A stretch of 64,000 nucleotides of DNA from an uncultured Verrucomicrobiae bacterium (GCA_963841495.1 CAWJDJ010000019.1:41053-105052), one strand, 5' to 3'; positions 1-10,781 are shown, counted from the first letter of the stretch. Made by a program: numbers and translations. Notes: a model not told the origin generated them from the letters alone.

Positions 1-251
1 GCGCCCGTCTTTCGCTGTTGCACAAGGCGACGTTGGGGCTCGACGTCCGCAATCTCCACCCGAAGGCGAAGCAACCGCCGGTCGCGGTCCTGGAGGATCA
101 GGAGTTTCTCAAGCGATTCGAGCATCGAGGTGGTCGCCAACCTCACGCTATCGACGCGCGCCAAAGCAAGTCAATGCAGCGACTTGATTCTTTCCCGCTT
201 CGCCCCCGCGGGAACCCTTGCCTGGTTCCATCCCGGTGATACACCAGCGGC

Positions 252-1691
252 ATGTCGATTCGAGACCGCCTGCCGCTGTTGCGGGGCCTGCCCGTGACAC
301 TGCTGGGCCTGCCCGCCCTCCTCGTCTCCGCCGCTGCCGCCGACCCTGACCTGGACCTCGTCCGCCGGCTTAACGCGGCCTTCGTGCGGGTCGCCGAGTC
401 CGTTTCCCCCTCCGTCGTCGTGGTCAAGGTTCGGCCACGGCCGGATGCCGTCGCGAGTCCCGGCAGCCCGGACTTTCACCTCCTGCCGAAGGATCTCCGC
501 GAGCGCCTCGAATCGATGCCTCCAGAGGAGGAGCACGGTTCCGGCATCATCCTCCGCTCCGACGGCTTCATCCTCACCAATGGCCATGTGATTGAGGACG
601 CCGGTGACATCGAAATCAGCCTCCTGGACGGGCGCCAGTACCGCGCCGAGGTGCGGGGTGTCGACACGGAATCCGATCTCGCGGTGATCAAAGTCGAGGC
701 AGCCAACCTCCCCGCGGCCCGCCTGGGGGACTCTTCCAAGGTGCATGTCGGCGAGTTCGCGATTGCGATCGGGGCCCCCTTCGAACTCGATTACACGGTG
801 ACCTTCGGCCATGTCAGCGCCAAGGGCCGGCGTGTGCTGACCGATGCGTTCATGATGGACCAGGACTTCATTCAAACGGACGCCAGCATCAATCCCGGTA
901 ACAGCGGGGGTCCCCTGGTGAACATCGAAAGCGAGGTCATCGGCATCAACACCATGATCCACGGCCTCAACACCGGCATCGGGTTCGCCGTCCCGATCAA
1001 TCTCGCACGCGAGGTCAGCGATCAACTCATCGAAAAGGGACACTTCACCCGCGCCTGGCTCGGCGTCCAGATCGCCGCCCTCGGCAAACACCTGCGAACC
1101 AAACCGGAGGACGTGCCGGTCGAGGAGGGGGTTCTCGTGACCCGGGTCCTCCCCGACGGTCCCTCCTCGGGTTCGGATCTTCATCCGCAGGACGTCATCG
1201 TCACCGTTGCGGGCGTTCCCATTCACGACGACGTCGATCTTCGACGCCAGATCAGCCGTCGACCCATCCACGAACCCGTCTCCGTGGAGGTCTACCGAGG
1301 AAAGGCCCGGCTCGAACTGCGCCTCACTCCTGGACCGCTTCCCGAAAACCGGTGGTCGTCGCTTCGGCGGTCCCCGCCACCGTCCGAAAACGACGGCGAC
1401 CTCGATGGCCTCGGCGTCCGCGTCCGGGAACTGGACGATTCCAATGCCCGTCGGCTCGGGATCCCTCTCGAATCAGGGGTACTCGTCGTCGATGTGACCC
1501 CCGGCAGCCCGGCCGATCGCCGCCAGATCCGCCCGGGCGAGGCCATCACCAGGATCAACCGGCGTCCCATCCGCACTCCCAACGATTTCCGGGATGCGGT
1601 CTCCGATGCCGACCTGAAGCGGGGGGTGGATGTGACGGTCGTGGGCGATGCAGGCCGGCGCTTCGAGGTTTTAAAGGAGGACACTCGGTAA
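252..1691 (+). CDS. htrA: HtrA/DegP-family periplasmic serine endoprotease (trypsin-like domain plus PDZ domains)
   Basis: 479-aa ORF with a signal-like N-terminus (LLGLPALLVSAAAA). Catalytic triad contexts TNGHVIED, DLAVIKV and GNSGGPLVN. The C-terminal half looks PDZ-like. Confidence 0.9.
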   Translation: MSIRDRLPLLRGLPVTLLGLPALLVSAAAADPDLDLVRRLNAAFVRVAESVSPSVVVVKVRPRPDAVASPGSPDFHLLPKDLRERLESMPPEEEHGSGIILRSDGFILTNGHVIEDAGDIEISLLDGRQYRAEVRGVDTESDLAVIKVEAANLPAARLGDSSKVHVGEFAIAIGAPFELDYTVTFGHVSAKGRRVLTDAFMMDQDFIQTDASINPGNSGGPLVNIESEVIGINTMIHGLNTGIGFAVPINLAREVSDQLIEKGHFTRAWLGVQIAALGKHLRTKPEDVPVEEGVLVTRVLPDGPSSGSDLHPQDVIVTVAGVPIHDDVDLRRQISRRPIHEPVSVEVYRGKARLELRLTPGPLPENRWSSLRRSPPPSENDGDLDGLGVRVRELDDSNARRLGIPLESGVLVVDVTPGSPADRRQIRPGEAITRINRRPIRTPNDFRDAVSDADLKRGVDVTVVGDAGRRFEVLKEDTR

Positions 1692-1803
1692 TCCTCGCGG
1701 ACGCAGGCCCGCCCCCCCGGTCGCCGCCTCCGCGACCTTCGTGGTGCACCGGATGGCATTGCCGATTGCGATGTGGCGGAGGGTGCGCTAGACAGCCCCG
1801 GCC

Positions 1804-2866
1804 ATGCGGTTCATCGCGAGCGTCATCGACAAGCTGCAACGGCATCCAAAGCGCATCGTCTTTCCGGAGGGCACCGAGCCTCGCGTGCTCCTGGCGGCGC
1901 GCCAGTTCCATTCCCTTCGCCTGGGAGTCCCCATCCTTTTGGGCGACCGGGGCCGGATCAAGGCGCTCGCGGAAAGCCTCAATGTGTCGGTCGAAGGCAT
2001 CCGGATCATCGACCCCGAGACGAGCGACGATCTGCCGGCCTATGTCGCACGGTTCGAACGCCTCCGTCGCCTCAAGGGCATCGACGAACGCGTCGCTCGC
2101 GAGATCATGCTCAAACCGAATTATTTCGGCGCCATGATGGTCGCCATGCACGGCGCCGACGGATTCGTTTCCGGCACCAACGAGATCTCCGGCAGTGTCC
2201 TGCGTCCCCTCTTCCAGATCATCAAAGTCGCCCCAAGGGCCGCCACCGCCTCCAGTTGCATGATCATGGAGGTGCAGGACTCCCGCTTCGGCGAAACGGG
2301 CGTGATGTTCCTGGCCGACTGCGGCGTCATTCCCGAACCGACCGTCGACCAGCTCGCGGAAATCGCGGTCTCCACCGCCCGGCTCGCGCGCCAGTTGCTG
2401 GGCACCCGTCCGCGGGTGGCGATGCTCTCCTTTTCCACCAAGGGTAGCTCCGACCATCCCGTCGGTCGGGCGCGTCGCCGCCGCAACCGCCCTCGCCCAG
2501 CAAAAGGCCCGCGAACAAAACGCTCGAGGCCGACTTCGACGGCGAACTGCAGGTCGACGCCGCGCTCATCCCGGAGATCGCCGCCCGCAAGCTGCCGGAA
2601 AGCCGGTCGCCGGGCGCGCCAATGTGCTGATCTTTCCCGACCTGAACTCGGGCAACATCGCCAGCAAGATGGTCCAGCACATCGCCCGCGGCAACGCCTA
2701 CGGCCAGATCCTCCTCGGCCTGGACCGCCCGGCGGCCGACGTCTCGCGCGGATCCAACGCCCACGACATCCTCGGCGTGGCCGCCATCGTCGGCCTCCAA
2801 TCCATCGAATACGCCAACCTGTATCCCGCGGCGGGCCGGGTCCTCCCGGGAGAGGAAGCCTCCTGA
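1804..2866 (+). pseudogene. pta: Phosphate acetyltransferase (PTA_PTB domain), reading frame broken about 3 times between ~2465 and ~2610
   Basis: The N-terminal 220 aa are in one frame (RIVFPEGTEPRVL, FVSGTNEISG, MLSFSTKGSS). The conserved DFDGELQVDAALIPEIAARK and VAGRANVLIFPDLNSGNIASKM segments lie in two other frames. Either a true pseudogene or local sequence error. Confidence 0.75.
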
Positions 2867-2885
2867 TCCCCGCGGATCTCCGCTG

Positions 2886-3990
2886 ATGCTCGAAATTTCG
2901 AGACGCCGCGCGTCTTCATCGCCGCCACGCGGCAGAACGACGGAAAGACGACCACCTCGCTCGGTCTGCTCTCCGCCCTGCAGCAACACTACCCCCGCAT
3001 CGGCTACATCAAGCCCGTCGGCCAGCGTTTCGTCGAGATCGAGGAACAGAAGATCGACGAGGACACCGTCCTGATGCAGCGGGTGTATCGTATCGAGTGC
3101 TCCGCTTGTGGACATGAGTCCCATCGCGGTCGAACCCGACTTCACCCGGCGCTACCTCGAGAGCGCCAGCAACGACGTCCTGGCTCGCCGCATCGAGAAG
3201 GCCTTCGACCGCGTCGCCTGGGAAAAGGACTTCGTCCTGTGCGAAGGCTCCGGCCACGCCGGCGTCGGCTCCGTCTTCGATCTCTCCAACGCCACGGTCG
3301 CCAGTCTACTGGACGCCAAGGTCGTCATCGTCACCGGCGGCGGCATCGGCCGGCCCATCGACGAAGTCGCCCTCAACCAGGCCCTCTTCGAGCGGGAGGG
3401 AGTCGAGATCATCGGCGTCATCCTCAACAAGGTCGTCCCGCCCAAGATCGAGCAGATCACGGAAATCGTCCGCCGCGGACTCAAGCGCAACGGACTGGAC
3501 CTGCTGGGCGTCATCCCCCACCAGCGCCTTCTCTCCAGCCCCACCATCGCCGCCATTCGCGAGGATCTCGAGTGCCGAAATGCTCAATTCCAGCGCCGAC
3601 ATCAATAACATCGTGGAACGGGTCGTCGTGGGCGCCATGAGCGTCCATCACGCCATGGAACACTTCACCCCCGGGGCCCTCTTGATCACCCCCGGCGATC
3701 GGGAGGACATCCTCCTCGCGGCGGGCGCCTTTCTCAATCGATCCGATAACCAGGGCTCCCTCTCCGCCATCATCCTCACCGACAACATCCGACCGTCCAT
3801 CGGGGTCCAACGCATCATCCGGGAGATGCCCTATCCCGTCCTCCTCGCCGAAGGCGACAGCTACAAGGTGGCCTCGCGCGTCCACGATCTGAATATCAAA
3901 ACCCGGCCGGCGGACACCCGGAAGATCGAGATGATTCGCGATGTCGTGAGCTCCCACATCGACGTGCAAGCGATTCTCAACGTCCTTTGA
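2886..3990 (+). pseudogene. BioD-like AAA + DRTGG domain protein (equivalent to the N-terminal half of long-form Pta), frame broken about 3 times
   Basis: The P-loop-like FIAATRQNDGKTTTSLGLL, the block MSPIAVEPDF...CEGSGHAGVGSV...VILNKV and the DRTGG-like block VVVGAMSVHHAMEHFTPGALLITPGDREDI lie in three different frames. The ATG at 2886 is in yet another frame. Confidence 0.65.
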
Positions 3991-4038
3991 AAGCCGCGCC
4001 CCTCTCGCCGCTCCGTCGAATGTCTCGCCACTGTGCTC

Positions 4039-4136
4039 CCCATGAACCGACCCTCACGCCGACCCTCTCCCATCCGATGGCAGAGGGTCTCCCGCGCATG
4101 CGGGACGGGTGAGGCCTCTCCCCCGCGGTTCATGGG
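4039..4136. repeat. Nested palindromic intergenic element (possible bidirectional terminator or REP-like unit)
   Basis: The 11-bp arms cccatgaaccg / cggttcatggg enclose the inner arms cctcac...gtgagg and gaccctct...agagggtc. Confidence 0.5.
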
Positions 4137-4188
4137 CCAAGGCGCCGTCCGCGGACCGCGTGACTCCCCTTGAACGTTCGGTCCTCCC

Positions 4189-5289
4189 ATGGACTCCCTT
4201 CCCCTGAATCCAAATCTCGCCGCCCTTCCCATCTACCAGCCCGGCAGGCCCATTGAAGAGGTCGCGCGCGAACTGGGGCTGCCCGCCTCTAGCATCATCA
4301 AGCTGGCGTCGAACGAGAATCCGCTGGGTCCCTCTCCCCGCGCTCTGGCCGCGATGCAGCAGATCCTGCCGCATCTCCATCTCTATCCCGACGGAAATGC
4401 GTTTTACCTGAAGGCAAGCCTGGCCCGGCACCTGCAACTGACCGCTGACAACCTGATCCTGGGAAACGGCTCCAACGAGATCATCGAGTTTGTCGGCCAT
4501 GCCCTGATGAGGCCGGGCGCCGAGGTCGTCGTCTCGCAATACTGCTTCGCCATCTACCCGATCGTTGCGGCCATGATGGGCGCCCGCGTCGTCACCGTCC
4601 CGGCCCGCCACTACGGCCACGACCTTCCCGCCATGGCCGGGGCAATCACCCCGGCGACAACCGTGGTCTTTGTCGCCAATCCGAACAACCCCACCGGCAC
4701 GCTCGCGCCGCCGCCGGAGGTCCTCCAGTTCGTGGAGGCGATTCCACCCGGTGTTCTCCTGGTGATGGACGAAGCCTATTTCGAGTTTCTCGAGCATCCG
4801 CTCGACCTCCTGCCCCGCATCCGCGCGGGCTCTCAGCCGAATCTCCTCCTCATGCGGACCTTCTCCAAGATCCACGGCCTCGCCGGCCTGCGGCTCGGTT
4901 ACGGCATTGGCGTTCCCGGCCTGATTGCCGCGCTCGAGAAGGTTCGACAGCCATTCAACATCAATGCGCTCGCGCAGGCGGCCGCCCTCGCGGCACTCGA
5001 TGACGCGGAGCACATCGCAAGGACACGGCACAACAACCGGGCGGGCCTCGAGTATCTTCAGTGTGAACTCACTCGTCTCGGTGTCGAATTCGCACCCAGC
5101 TCCGCGAATTTCCTGTTGGCGCGCGTGGGCGACGGTCACCGCGTCTTCGTCGAACTCCAGAAGCGCGGCATCATCACCCGTCCGATGGCCGGCTACCAGT
5201 TGCCCGCGTTCATTCGCGTGTCGATCGGTACTCCGGACCAAAACGCCCGCTTCATCACAGCGCTCCGAGAGGTCATGCACGGCGCATGA
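4189..5289 (+). CDS. hisC: Histidinol-phosphate aminotransferase
   Basis: 366-aa ORF with KLASNENPLGPSP, VFVANPNNPTG and the RTFSKIHGLAGLRLGY (PLP-lysine context) motifs typical of HisC. Confidence 0.9.
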   Translation: MDSLPLNPNLAALPIYQPGRPIEEVARELGLPASSIIKLASNENPLGPSPRALAAMQQILPHLHLYPDGNAFYLKASLARHLQLTADNLILGNGSNEIIEFVGHALMRPGAEVVVSQYCFAIYPIVAAMMGARVVTVPARHYGHDLPAMAGAITPATTVVFVANPNNPTGTLAPPPEVLQFVEAIPPGVLLVMDEAYFEFLEHPLDLLPRIRAGSQPNLLLMRTFSKIHGLAGLRLGYGIGVPGLIAALEKVRQPFNINALAQAAALAALDDAEHIARTRHNNRAGLEYLQCELTRLGVEFAPSSANFLLARVGDGHRVFVELQKRGIITRPMAGYQLPAFIRVSIGTPDQNARFITALREVMHGA

Positions 5290-6659
5290 GGGTTCCCGCG
5301 CAAAATTGCATTGGCACCGCCCGCGCCGTTGGCTCCAAATCCGGTCTCCCGATGAAAGAAATCGTCCCGTCCCCGCCGCCGCTGATTCGGAACCGCCTCG
5401 CCGAGGTTCGCGAATTGTTTCAACGGTACGTGGTGCCGAGCTATGGACGATTCGACCTCGTCTTCAGCCGGGGGCAGGGAAGCTACGTGTGGGACGTTGG
5501 GGGCCGGCGTTATCTGGACCTGGGCGGCGGCATTGCCGTCTGCTGCCTCGGCCACGCCCATGCCGAGATCGCCGACACCCTTGCCGAGCAATCCCGCCGA
5601 TTGCTTCACGTCTCCAACCTCTATTACCACGAACCCCAGGGCCGGCTCGCCGAACGCATCGTCCGCCATATCGCCCCCGGAAAGGTCTTCTTCTGCAATT
5701 CAGGCGCCGAGGCCAACGAAGGACTCTTCAAACTCGCCCGCCGGTTCGGACACGACGATGGACGCTTCGAAATCCTGACCGCCTTCCACTCCTTTCATGG
5801 CCGGACCCTCGCCGGCATCTCCGCAACCGGACAGGACAAGATCAAAAAGGGTTTCGAACCCCTCGTCCCCGGGTTCCGCCATGTCCCCTTCAACGACCTG
5901 GCGGCCGTTCGGGAGGCCCTCTCTCCCGCGACCGTTGCGATCCTGATCGAAGGAATCCAGGGCGAGGGCGGCATCAACCCGGCCCATCCCGACTACCTCC
6001 TGGGCCTGCGACGGCTCTGCGACGAGAAGCGCCTCCTTCTCTTTATGGACTCCGTCCAATGCGGGCACTTCCGGACGGGCCGCTTCCAAAGCTTTCAGCG
6101 CATCCTGGAGGGCATCCCCGACGGCCCCGCCTTTGTTCCGGACGGGATTGCCATGGCGAAGTCCCTCGGAGGCGGATTTCCGATGGGCGCCTTCTGGGTG
6201 CGGGAGGAGACTCACGGTGTCCGCCTCTGTGATGCCCTCGGACCGGGCACACACGCCTCGACGTTCGGGGGCACGCCTCTCGGCTGCACCGTCGCACTGA
6301 AGGTCTTTGACGTCATCGAGCGGGATGGACTCGCCGGGAACGTCCGCGAACTTGGCAACTGGCTTCAGTCGGAGCTTCAGCGGCTTGTGGACTCCCATCC
6401 GTCCGTCCTGCGGTCGGTCCGCGGCCTGGGATTCATGATCGGGCTCGAGTTCCAGCCGCGCGAGCGGATCCCGGCCTTCGCGCGGACGGAGAAGGCGGTC
6501 GCGATGCAGGTCGTCAACCTTCTTCACGAGGCCGGGGTCCTGACGATCCCCAGTGGGACGCAAATCGTCCGCCTGCTGCCGCCCCTCAACCTGTCCAGGG
6601 AGGAGGCCCAGGAAGGCCTGGACGCCATCGAGCGCCTCGTCGAAGGGGTCGATCACTGA
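5286..6659 (+). CDS. argD: Acetylornithine/class-III aminotransferase
   Basis: Motifs RGQGSYVWDVGGRRYLDLGGGIAV, FFCNSGAEANEGLFKLAR and GEGGI. The start at 5286 overlaps the hisC stop (ATGA). The alternative start is ATG 5352. Confidence 0.85.
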   Translation: MRVPAQNCIGTARAVGSKSGLPMKEIVPSPPPLIRNRLAEVRELFQRYVVPSYGRFDLVFSRGQGSYVWDVGGRRYLDLGGGIAVCCLGHAHAEIADTLAEQSRRLLHVSNLYYHEPQGRLAERIVRHIAPGKVFFCNSGAEANEGLFKLARRFGHDDGRFEILTAFHSFHGRTLAGISATGQDKIKKGFEPLVPGFRHVPFNDLAAVREALSPATVAILIEGIQGEGGINPAHPDYLLGLRRLCDEKRLLLFMDSVQCGHFRTGRFQSFQRILEGIPDGPAFVPDGIAMAKSLGGGFPMGAFWVREETHGVRLCDALGPGTHASTFGGTPLGCTVALKVFDVIERDGLAGNVRELGNWLQSELQRLVDSHPSVLRSVRGLGFMIGLEFQPRERIPAFARTEKAVAMQVVNLLHEAGVLTIPSGTQIVRLLPPLNLSREEAQEGLDAIERLVEGVDH

Positions 6660-6711
6660 GAGCCCGTCTGATGGGGTGACTCACAAACCCCCGGCCGGCA
6701 TCTCGCCTGCA

Positions 6712-7791
6712 TCAACACCCGAAACGCCTGCCCCAGGTGCTCCGGGTGGCTGATCGTCTGGTACCCCCGCCATCGCGCCGCCAGCCATTCAGCCGGTTTC
6801 CCCCCCGCTCCACCGTCTTCGCCGCAATTGCCGCCAGCCAGCGTCCCTGCGGAAGAAAGGCCTCCGTCATGAGGCCCACTTCCTCGCCGGCCGCGATGAG
6901 CCGCCGAAAATCCACGTGCGCCGTAAGGTCCTGTTCGCCGGGACGGGCAAGGAGGTCTTCGCACACCCGGTGCCGGTGATACGCGCGAAGGGTCCCCTTC
7001 GGGTGTTCCGGTCGCAGCACAGCCGACTCCCCGAAGCCGTAGTCGAAGGTCAGCAGCCAACCGGCCTCCAGCGCCCGCGCGGCATCACGCCACCACGTCG
7101 CCGCACCGGGCGCCGATTCCAACACAAAGCCATCGGAAAGGTGCGGCTCGAGCGCGGCGACCTCGGCAAGGCCGGCTTCCGCACAGGGCCCCGTCGGCCC
7201 GGGATCCGTGCGCTTCGGCAATCGACACCAGCCCAGCCGGCCATCGCGCACCGTGACGCCGCTCTCGAGCCATTCCCGCGTCGGCGCATTCCATTCGAAT
7301 CGGTGCACCGGGAACGCATCCAGAAGTTCGTTGCAGAAGATGAAACCGCGGACACGCCGGGGCAGCTCCTCCCATTTGCGGATCCAGCCCATGCGAGGGG
7401 CCCAATGCGAGAGCCGCCGACGCTGCCATTCCTCGCGATTGCCGGACGGTTCCAGGACCCAATAGCGAACCCCTCCGAGCATGGACGGGTGAAAGCGGCC
7501 GATCGCAGTGAGAACATCATCCGCGAGTTGGCCGTCATGGGCACCCGCCTCCACGAGGTCGAGCCCGGGCCAGCTCCCGCAACGCTCAGCGAAGTGCTCC
7601 GCGAGCAGAAAGCCGAACACGGGTCCGACGCCCACGCTCGTAAAGAAATCCCCCGACCGGCCTGGCGCGCGTTCGGTGTTCTCGTAGTAGCCGCAATCCG
7701 GCGCGTACAACGCAAGGTTCATGAACCGCGCGAACGCCATCGGTCCGGAGCCGGCGATCTCGTCGCGGACGCGTTGTTCGGCCGGGGTCAT
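6712..7791 (-). CDS. MidA/DUF185-type SAM-dependent methyltransferase
   Basis: The N-terminal MAFARFMNLALYAPDCGYYE motif is characteristic of the MidA/NDUFAF7 family. Start taken at MTPAEQ; the ORF extends upstream to 7893. Confidence 0.7.
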   Translation of the reverse strand: MTPAEQRVRDEIAGSGPMAFARFMNLALYAPDCGYYENTERAPGRSGDFFTSVGVGPVFGFLLAEHFAERCGSWPGLDLVEAGAHDGQLADDVLTAIGRFHPSMLGGVRYWVLEPSGNREEWQRRRLSHWAPRMGWIRKWEELPRRVRGFIFCNELLDAFPVHRFEWNAPTREWLESGVTVRDGRLGWCRLPKRTDPGPTGPCAEAGLAEVAALEPHLSDGFVLESAPGAATWWRDAARALEAGWLLTFDYGFGESAVLRPEHPKGTLRAYHRHRVCEDLLARPGEQDLTAHVDFRRLIAAGEEVGLMTEAFLPQGRWLAAIAAKTVERGGNRLNGWRRDGGGTRRSATRSTWGRRFGC

Positions 7792-7967
7792 CGAACGGAA
7801 CTGGCAAGGGACGGTGTCCGTCCGTCGGTGGCAATTGGCATCTTCCGTCGTCTCTTGTTGCCACACCCTTGCAGGGATCGGGGTTGACGCCAATGGATCT
7901 CAATGACCCCGATCCCTTTGTCTGGGGCGTCGCCAATCCGCTCGGGTCGATCCACCATTCCCGCGGC

Positions 7968-8708
7968 ATGCGGTTGGACCTGCTTCTCTTGGAACGTGGC
8001 CTTTGTGAGAGCCGGGAACAGGCGCATCGCGCGATCCGCGCCGGGCGGGTGCGGATCAACGGACACGTGGCGGACAAACCCGGTCGAAAGGTGCGCGCCG
8101 ACGACACCGTCGACTGGATCGGGCAGGAACGCTACGTCAGTCGTGGAGGTTGCAAGCTCGAACACGCGCTGGCGGCCTTTGGCCTCGACCCCGCCGGCTC
8201 CCGGGCATTGGACGTGGGCGCGTCCACCGGAGGGTTCACCGACTGCCTGCTCCAGCACGGTGCGGAACGGGTCGCGGCGGTCGACGTGGGTCGAGGCCAA
8301 CTCGCCTGGCGGCTTCGCAACGATCCGCGGGTCACGGTCCTCGAGGGTGTGAACGCGCGCTCACTCAATCCGGCGAGTTTTCCGGCCCCGTTTCAGCCCT
8401 TCGATCTTGCCGTCGTGGATTGCTCGTTCATCTCGCTGCGTCTTGTGCTCCCTCCCGTGGTGAGTCTCCTCCGATCGCGCGCCAGGCTCATCGCGCTCGT
8501 GAAACCCCAGTTCGAAGCCGGTCGCCAGGAGGCCAGCCGCGGCCGCGGCGTGATCACAGACCCCGCCATCCACGCGCGGGTTCTTGCCGAACTCCGTGCT
8601 TTTGTCGACGCGCAACCCGGGATTGAATGGTCTGCAGAGACGGAATCGCCGATCCTCGGACCGGCGGGCAACAAAGAGTTTCTCGCGCTGCTTGAAAAGA
8701 CGTCCTGA
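7968..8708 (+). CDS. tlyA: TlyA-family rRNA 2'-O-methyltransferase (S4 domain + FtsJ-like methyltransferase)
   Basis: MRLDLLLLERGLCESREQAHRAIRAGRV (S4-like), YVSRGGCKLEHAL and LDVGASTGGFTDCLLQHGA (SAM-binding). The ORF extends upstream to 7869. Confidence 0.85.
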   Translation: MRLDLLLLERGLCESREQAHRAIRAGRVRINGHVADKPGRKVRADDTVDWIGQERYVSRGGCKLEHALAAFGLDPAGSRALDVGASTGGFTDCLLQHGAERVAAVDVGRGQLAWRLRNDPRVTVLEGVNARSLNPASFPAPFQPFDLAVVDCSFISLRLVLPPVVSLLRSRARLIALVKPQFEAGRQEASRGRGVITDPAIHARVLAELRAFVDAQPGIEWSAETESPILGPAGNKEFLALLEKTS

Positions 8709-9567
8709 GCCCATTCGCTGTGTCGGTCTGCTGGCGAACACGGAAAAGCCGGATGCCATTCCGCTGCTCGGTGAGGCGACACGACTGCTGCAGGCTCACG
8801 CCGTCCGGGTCTCCGCCGATCCCCCCACCCTCCGGATGAGCGGACTCCGCCTGCCCCGCTACAAGACCACGGCCGAACTTGCCGAGGCGAACAACCTGCT
8901 GATGGTGTTCGGGGGTGACGGCACCATCCTGCGTGTCGCCCGGGAAATCGCCGGAGGCGCCACGCCCCTGGTGGGTATTCATGTGGGACGCCTCGGGTTC
9001 CTGGCGGAGGTCACCGCCGGTCGCCTGGCCCAGGCGATCGACCAGATCGTCGCCGGCGATTTTCGCATCGAAAGCCGCCCGCTCATCGAGGCTGAGAACG
9101 GGGAACACCCTCCGCTTCGGGCACTGAACGACTTCGTGTTCGCCCGCGGCGATGTCTCACGCATCATCGAACTCGAGGTAACCGTCGACGACGAGGAACT
9201 GACACAGTACCGCTGTGACGGTTTGATCGTGTCCTCGCCAACCGGTTCCACAGCCTATTCGCTCGCCGCCGGAGGGGCCATCATCAGTCCTTCGGCGCGC
9301 GTGTTTTCCCTCACGCCCATCTGTCCGCTGACCCTGTCGAACCAGTCGGTCATCGTGGACATCGAATCCACGATACGCGTGCGGGTCTGCACCGCGCGGC
9401 TTCAAACGCACCTGACGGCCGACGGCCAGGTGGCGGTGCGCCTGCGACACGGCGACGAAATCGCAATCCGCCGCACCACCGCCGAGGTCCGTCTCCTCCG
9501 GCTGGGCGGCAGTTCGTTCTTCAAGACCCTTCGCCAGAAATTGCACTGGAGCGGTTCGCACGCCTGA
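8692..9567 (+). CDS. nadK: NAD+ kinase
   Basis: Motifs VFGGDGTILR, NDFVF and CDGLIVSSPTGSTAYSLAAGG. The start is uncertain: an in-frame TTG at 8692 overlaps the tlyA end, and the ORF is open from 8584. Confidence 0.8.
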   Translation: MKRRPEPIRCVGLLANTEKPDAIPLLGEATRLLQAHAVRVSADPPTLRMSGLRLPRYKTTAELAEANNLLMVFGGDGTILRVAREIAGGATPLVGIHVGRLGFLAEVTAGRLAQAIDQIVAGDFRIESRPLIEAENGEHPPLRALNDFVFARGDVSRIIELEVTVDDEELTQYRCDGLIVSSPTGSTAYSLAAGGAIISPSARVFSLTPICPLTLSNQSVIVDIESTIRVRVCTARLQTHLTADGQVAVRLRHGDEIAIRRTTAEVRLLRLGGSSFFKTLRQKLHWSGSHA

Positions 9568-9600
9568 AGGCATAACCGGACGCCGCCTGGCGGCTTGTGC

Positions 9601-10623
9601 ATGATTCGCCTCAAAGACATCGCCGAACGCGCCGGCGTCTCGATCATGACGGTCTCCAAGGTGCTGCGCGACGCCCCCGACATCTCCGCCTCCACCAAGA
9701 CCAGGGTCCGCGCCCTCGCCCAGGAGATGGGCTACGTGCCGCATGCCATGGCCGCCGGTCTTCGGACCCGAAGCACGCGCCTCCTGGGACTTGTGATCCC
9801 GGGAATTGTCAACCCCGTCTTCGCGCGGCTCCTCATGGCGATCGAGGACCGCACATTCGAAATCGGGTTCGACCTCTTCCTCGCTCACACCCTCGAGCAA
9901 CCGGAACGCGAGGAACTGGTGATCCGCCGCTTTCTCGCGCGCCGCGTCGAGGGTCTCTTCATAGCGCCGGTGCCACGCCTTGGAGACCCACCCTCGATCT
10001 TCAATGAACTGCTGAGGCTCAGGATCCCGCTGGTCATCGTCGGATCCGCTCCCCCCTTCTGCAACGCCTTCACACGAATCTCCGCCGACGAAGCGAGCGC
10101 CAGCCGCGACATGACCCAGCACCTTCTCGGTCTCGGGCATCGACGCATCGCGTTCCTCGCCGGGCACACGGTCTCGCCCTCGGCCCAGGCCCGCCTCGAC
10201 GGACATCGCCGCGCCCTGCGTGAAGCCGGCCTCGAACTCGACGACCGCCTCGTGTTCCAGGCCGGTTCCTCTCTCGAGGACGGTTTCCAGTCCATGCTCG
10301 AACTCATCCGCGAAAGCCCCGGCGTCACCGCGGTCCAGGCGGTCAATGATCTCGTCGCCGTCGGCGCCCTCAATGCCCTCGCCTCCCAGGGCATTCGCGT
10401 CCCCGAAGACGTCTCCGTCGCCGGCTTTGGCGACATCCCCACCGCGGAAAATGCGCGCGTGCCGCTGACGACGCTGCGGGAGCCGATGTACCGCGTCGGA
10501 ACCACGGCCGTGGAAACAATGCAGAAACTGATCCGCGGCGAACCGGCCGAGAGCCAGACCCTCAGGGCCGACCTCCTCATCCGCCGAAGCACCGCGCCCC
10601 CCGCGGTGAACACCGTCATCTGA
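9601..10623 (+). CDS. LacI-family transcriptional regulator
   Basis: N-terminal HTH IRLKDIAERAGVSIMTVSKVLRD followed by a periplasmic-binding-protein-like sugar-binding fold. Confidence 0.85.
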   Translation: MIRLKDIAERAGVSIMTVSKVLRDAPDISASTKTRVRALAQEMGYVPHAMAAGLRTRSTRLLGLVIPGIVNPVFARLLMAIEDRTFEIGFDLFLAHTLEQPEREELVIRRFLARRVEGLFIAPVPRLGDPPSIFNELLRLRIPLVIVGSAPPFCNAFTRISADEASASRDMTQHLLGLGHRRIAFLAGHTVSPSAQARLDGHRRALREAGLELDDRLVFQAGSSLEDGFQSMLELIRESPGVTAVQAVNDLVAVGALNALASQGIRVPEDVSVAGFGDIPTAENARVPLTTLREPMYRVGTTAVETMQKLIRGEPAESQTLRADLLIRRSTAPPAVNTVI

Positions 10624-10781
10624 CCCGAGGACATCCGGTGCCGGCGCTCGCCGCTGCGTGTTCCCGAAACTCACCCTTCGGAAGTAGTCTGCCGCTCCCG
10701 TGCGGTGTGCAAACACCATGAGCGCGCCTGACGTGAACGGCAACGCTCGACACACCCGGCGAGCGCGCCTAGTTTTGGCCC

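Noticed and set aside
171-1271. Long antisense or out-of-frame ORFs throughout the track. Examples: 171..1271(-), 1555..2457(-), 4054..5280(-), 5700..6656(-), 9157..10755(-), 17647..19233(+), 21179..22471(+), 40401..41423(+), 59623..61170(-).
   Set aside because: They overlap ORFs with clear family motifs on the other strand or frame, and they are Arg/Pro/Gly/Ala-rich with no recognisable motifs. These are typical shadow ORFs of high-GC DNA.
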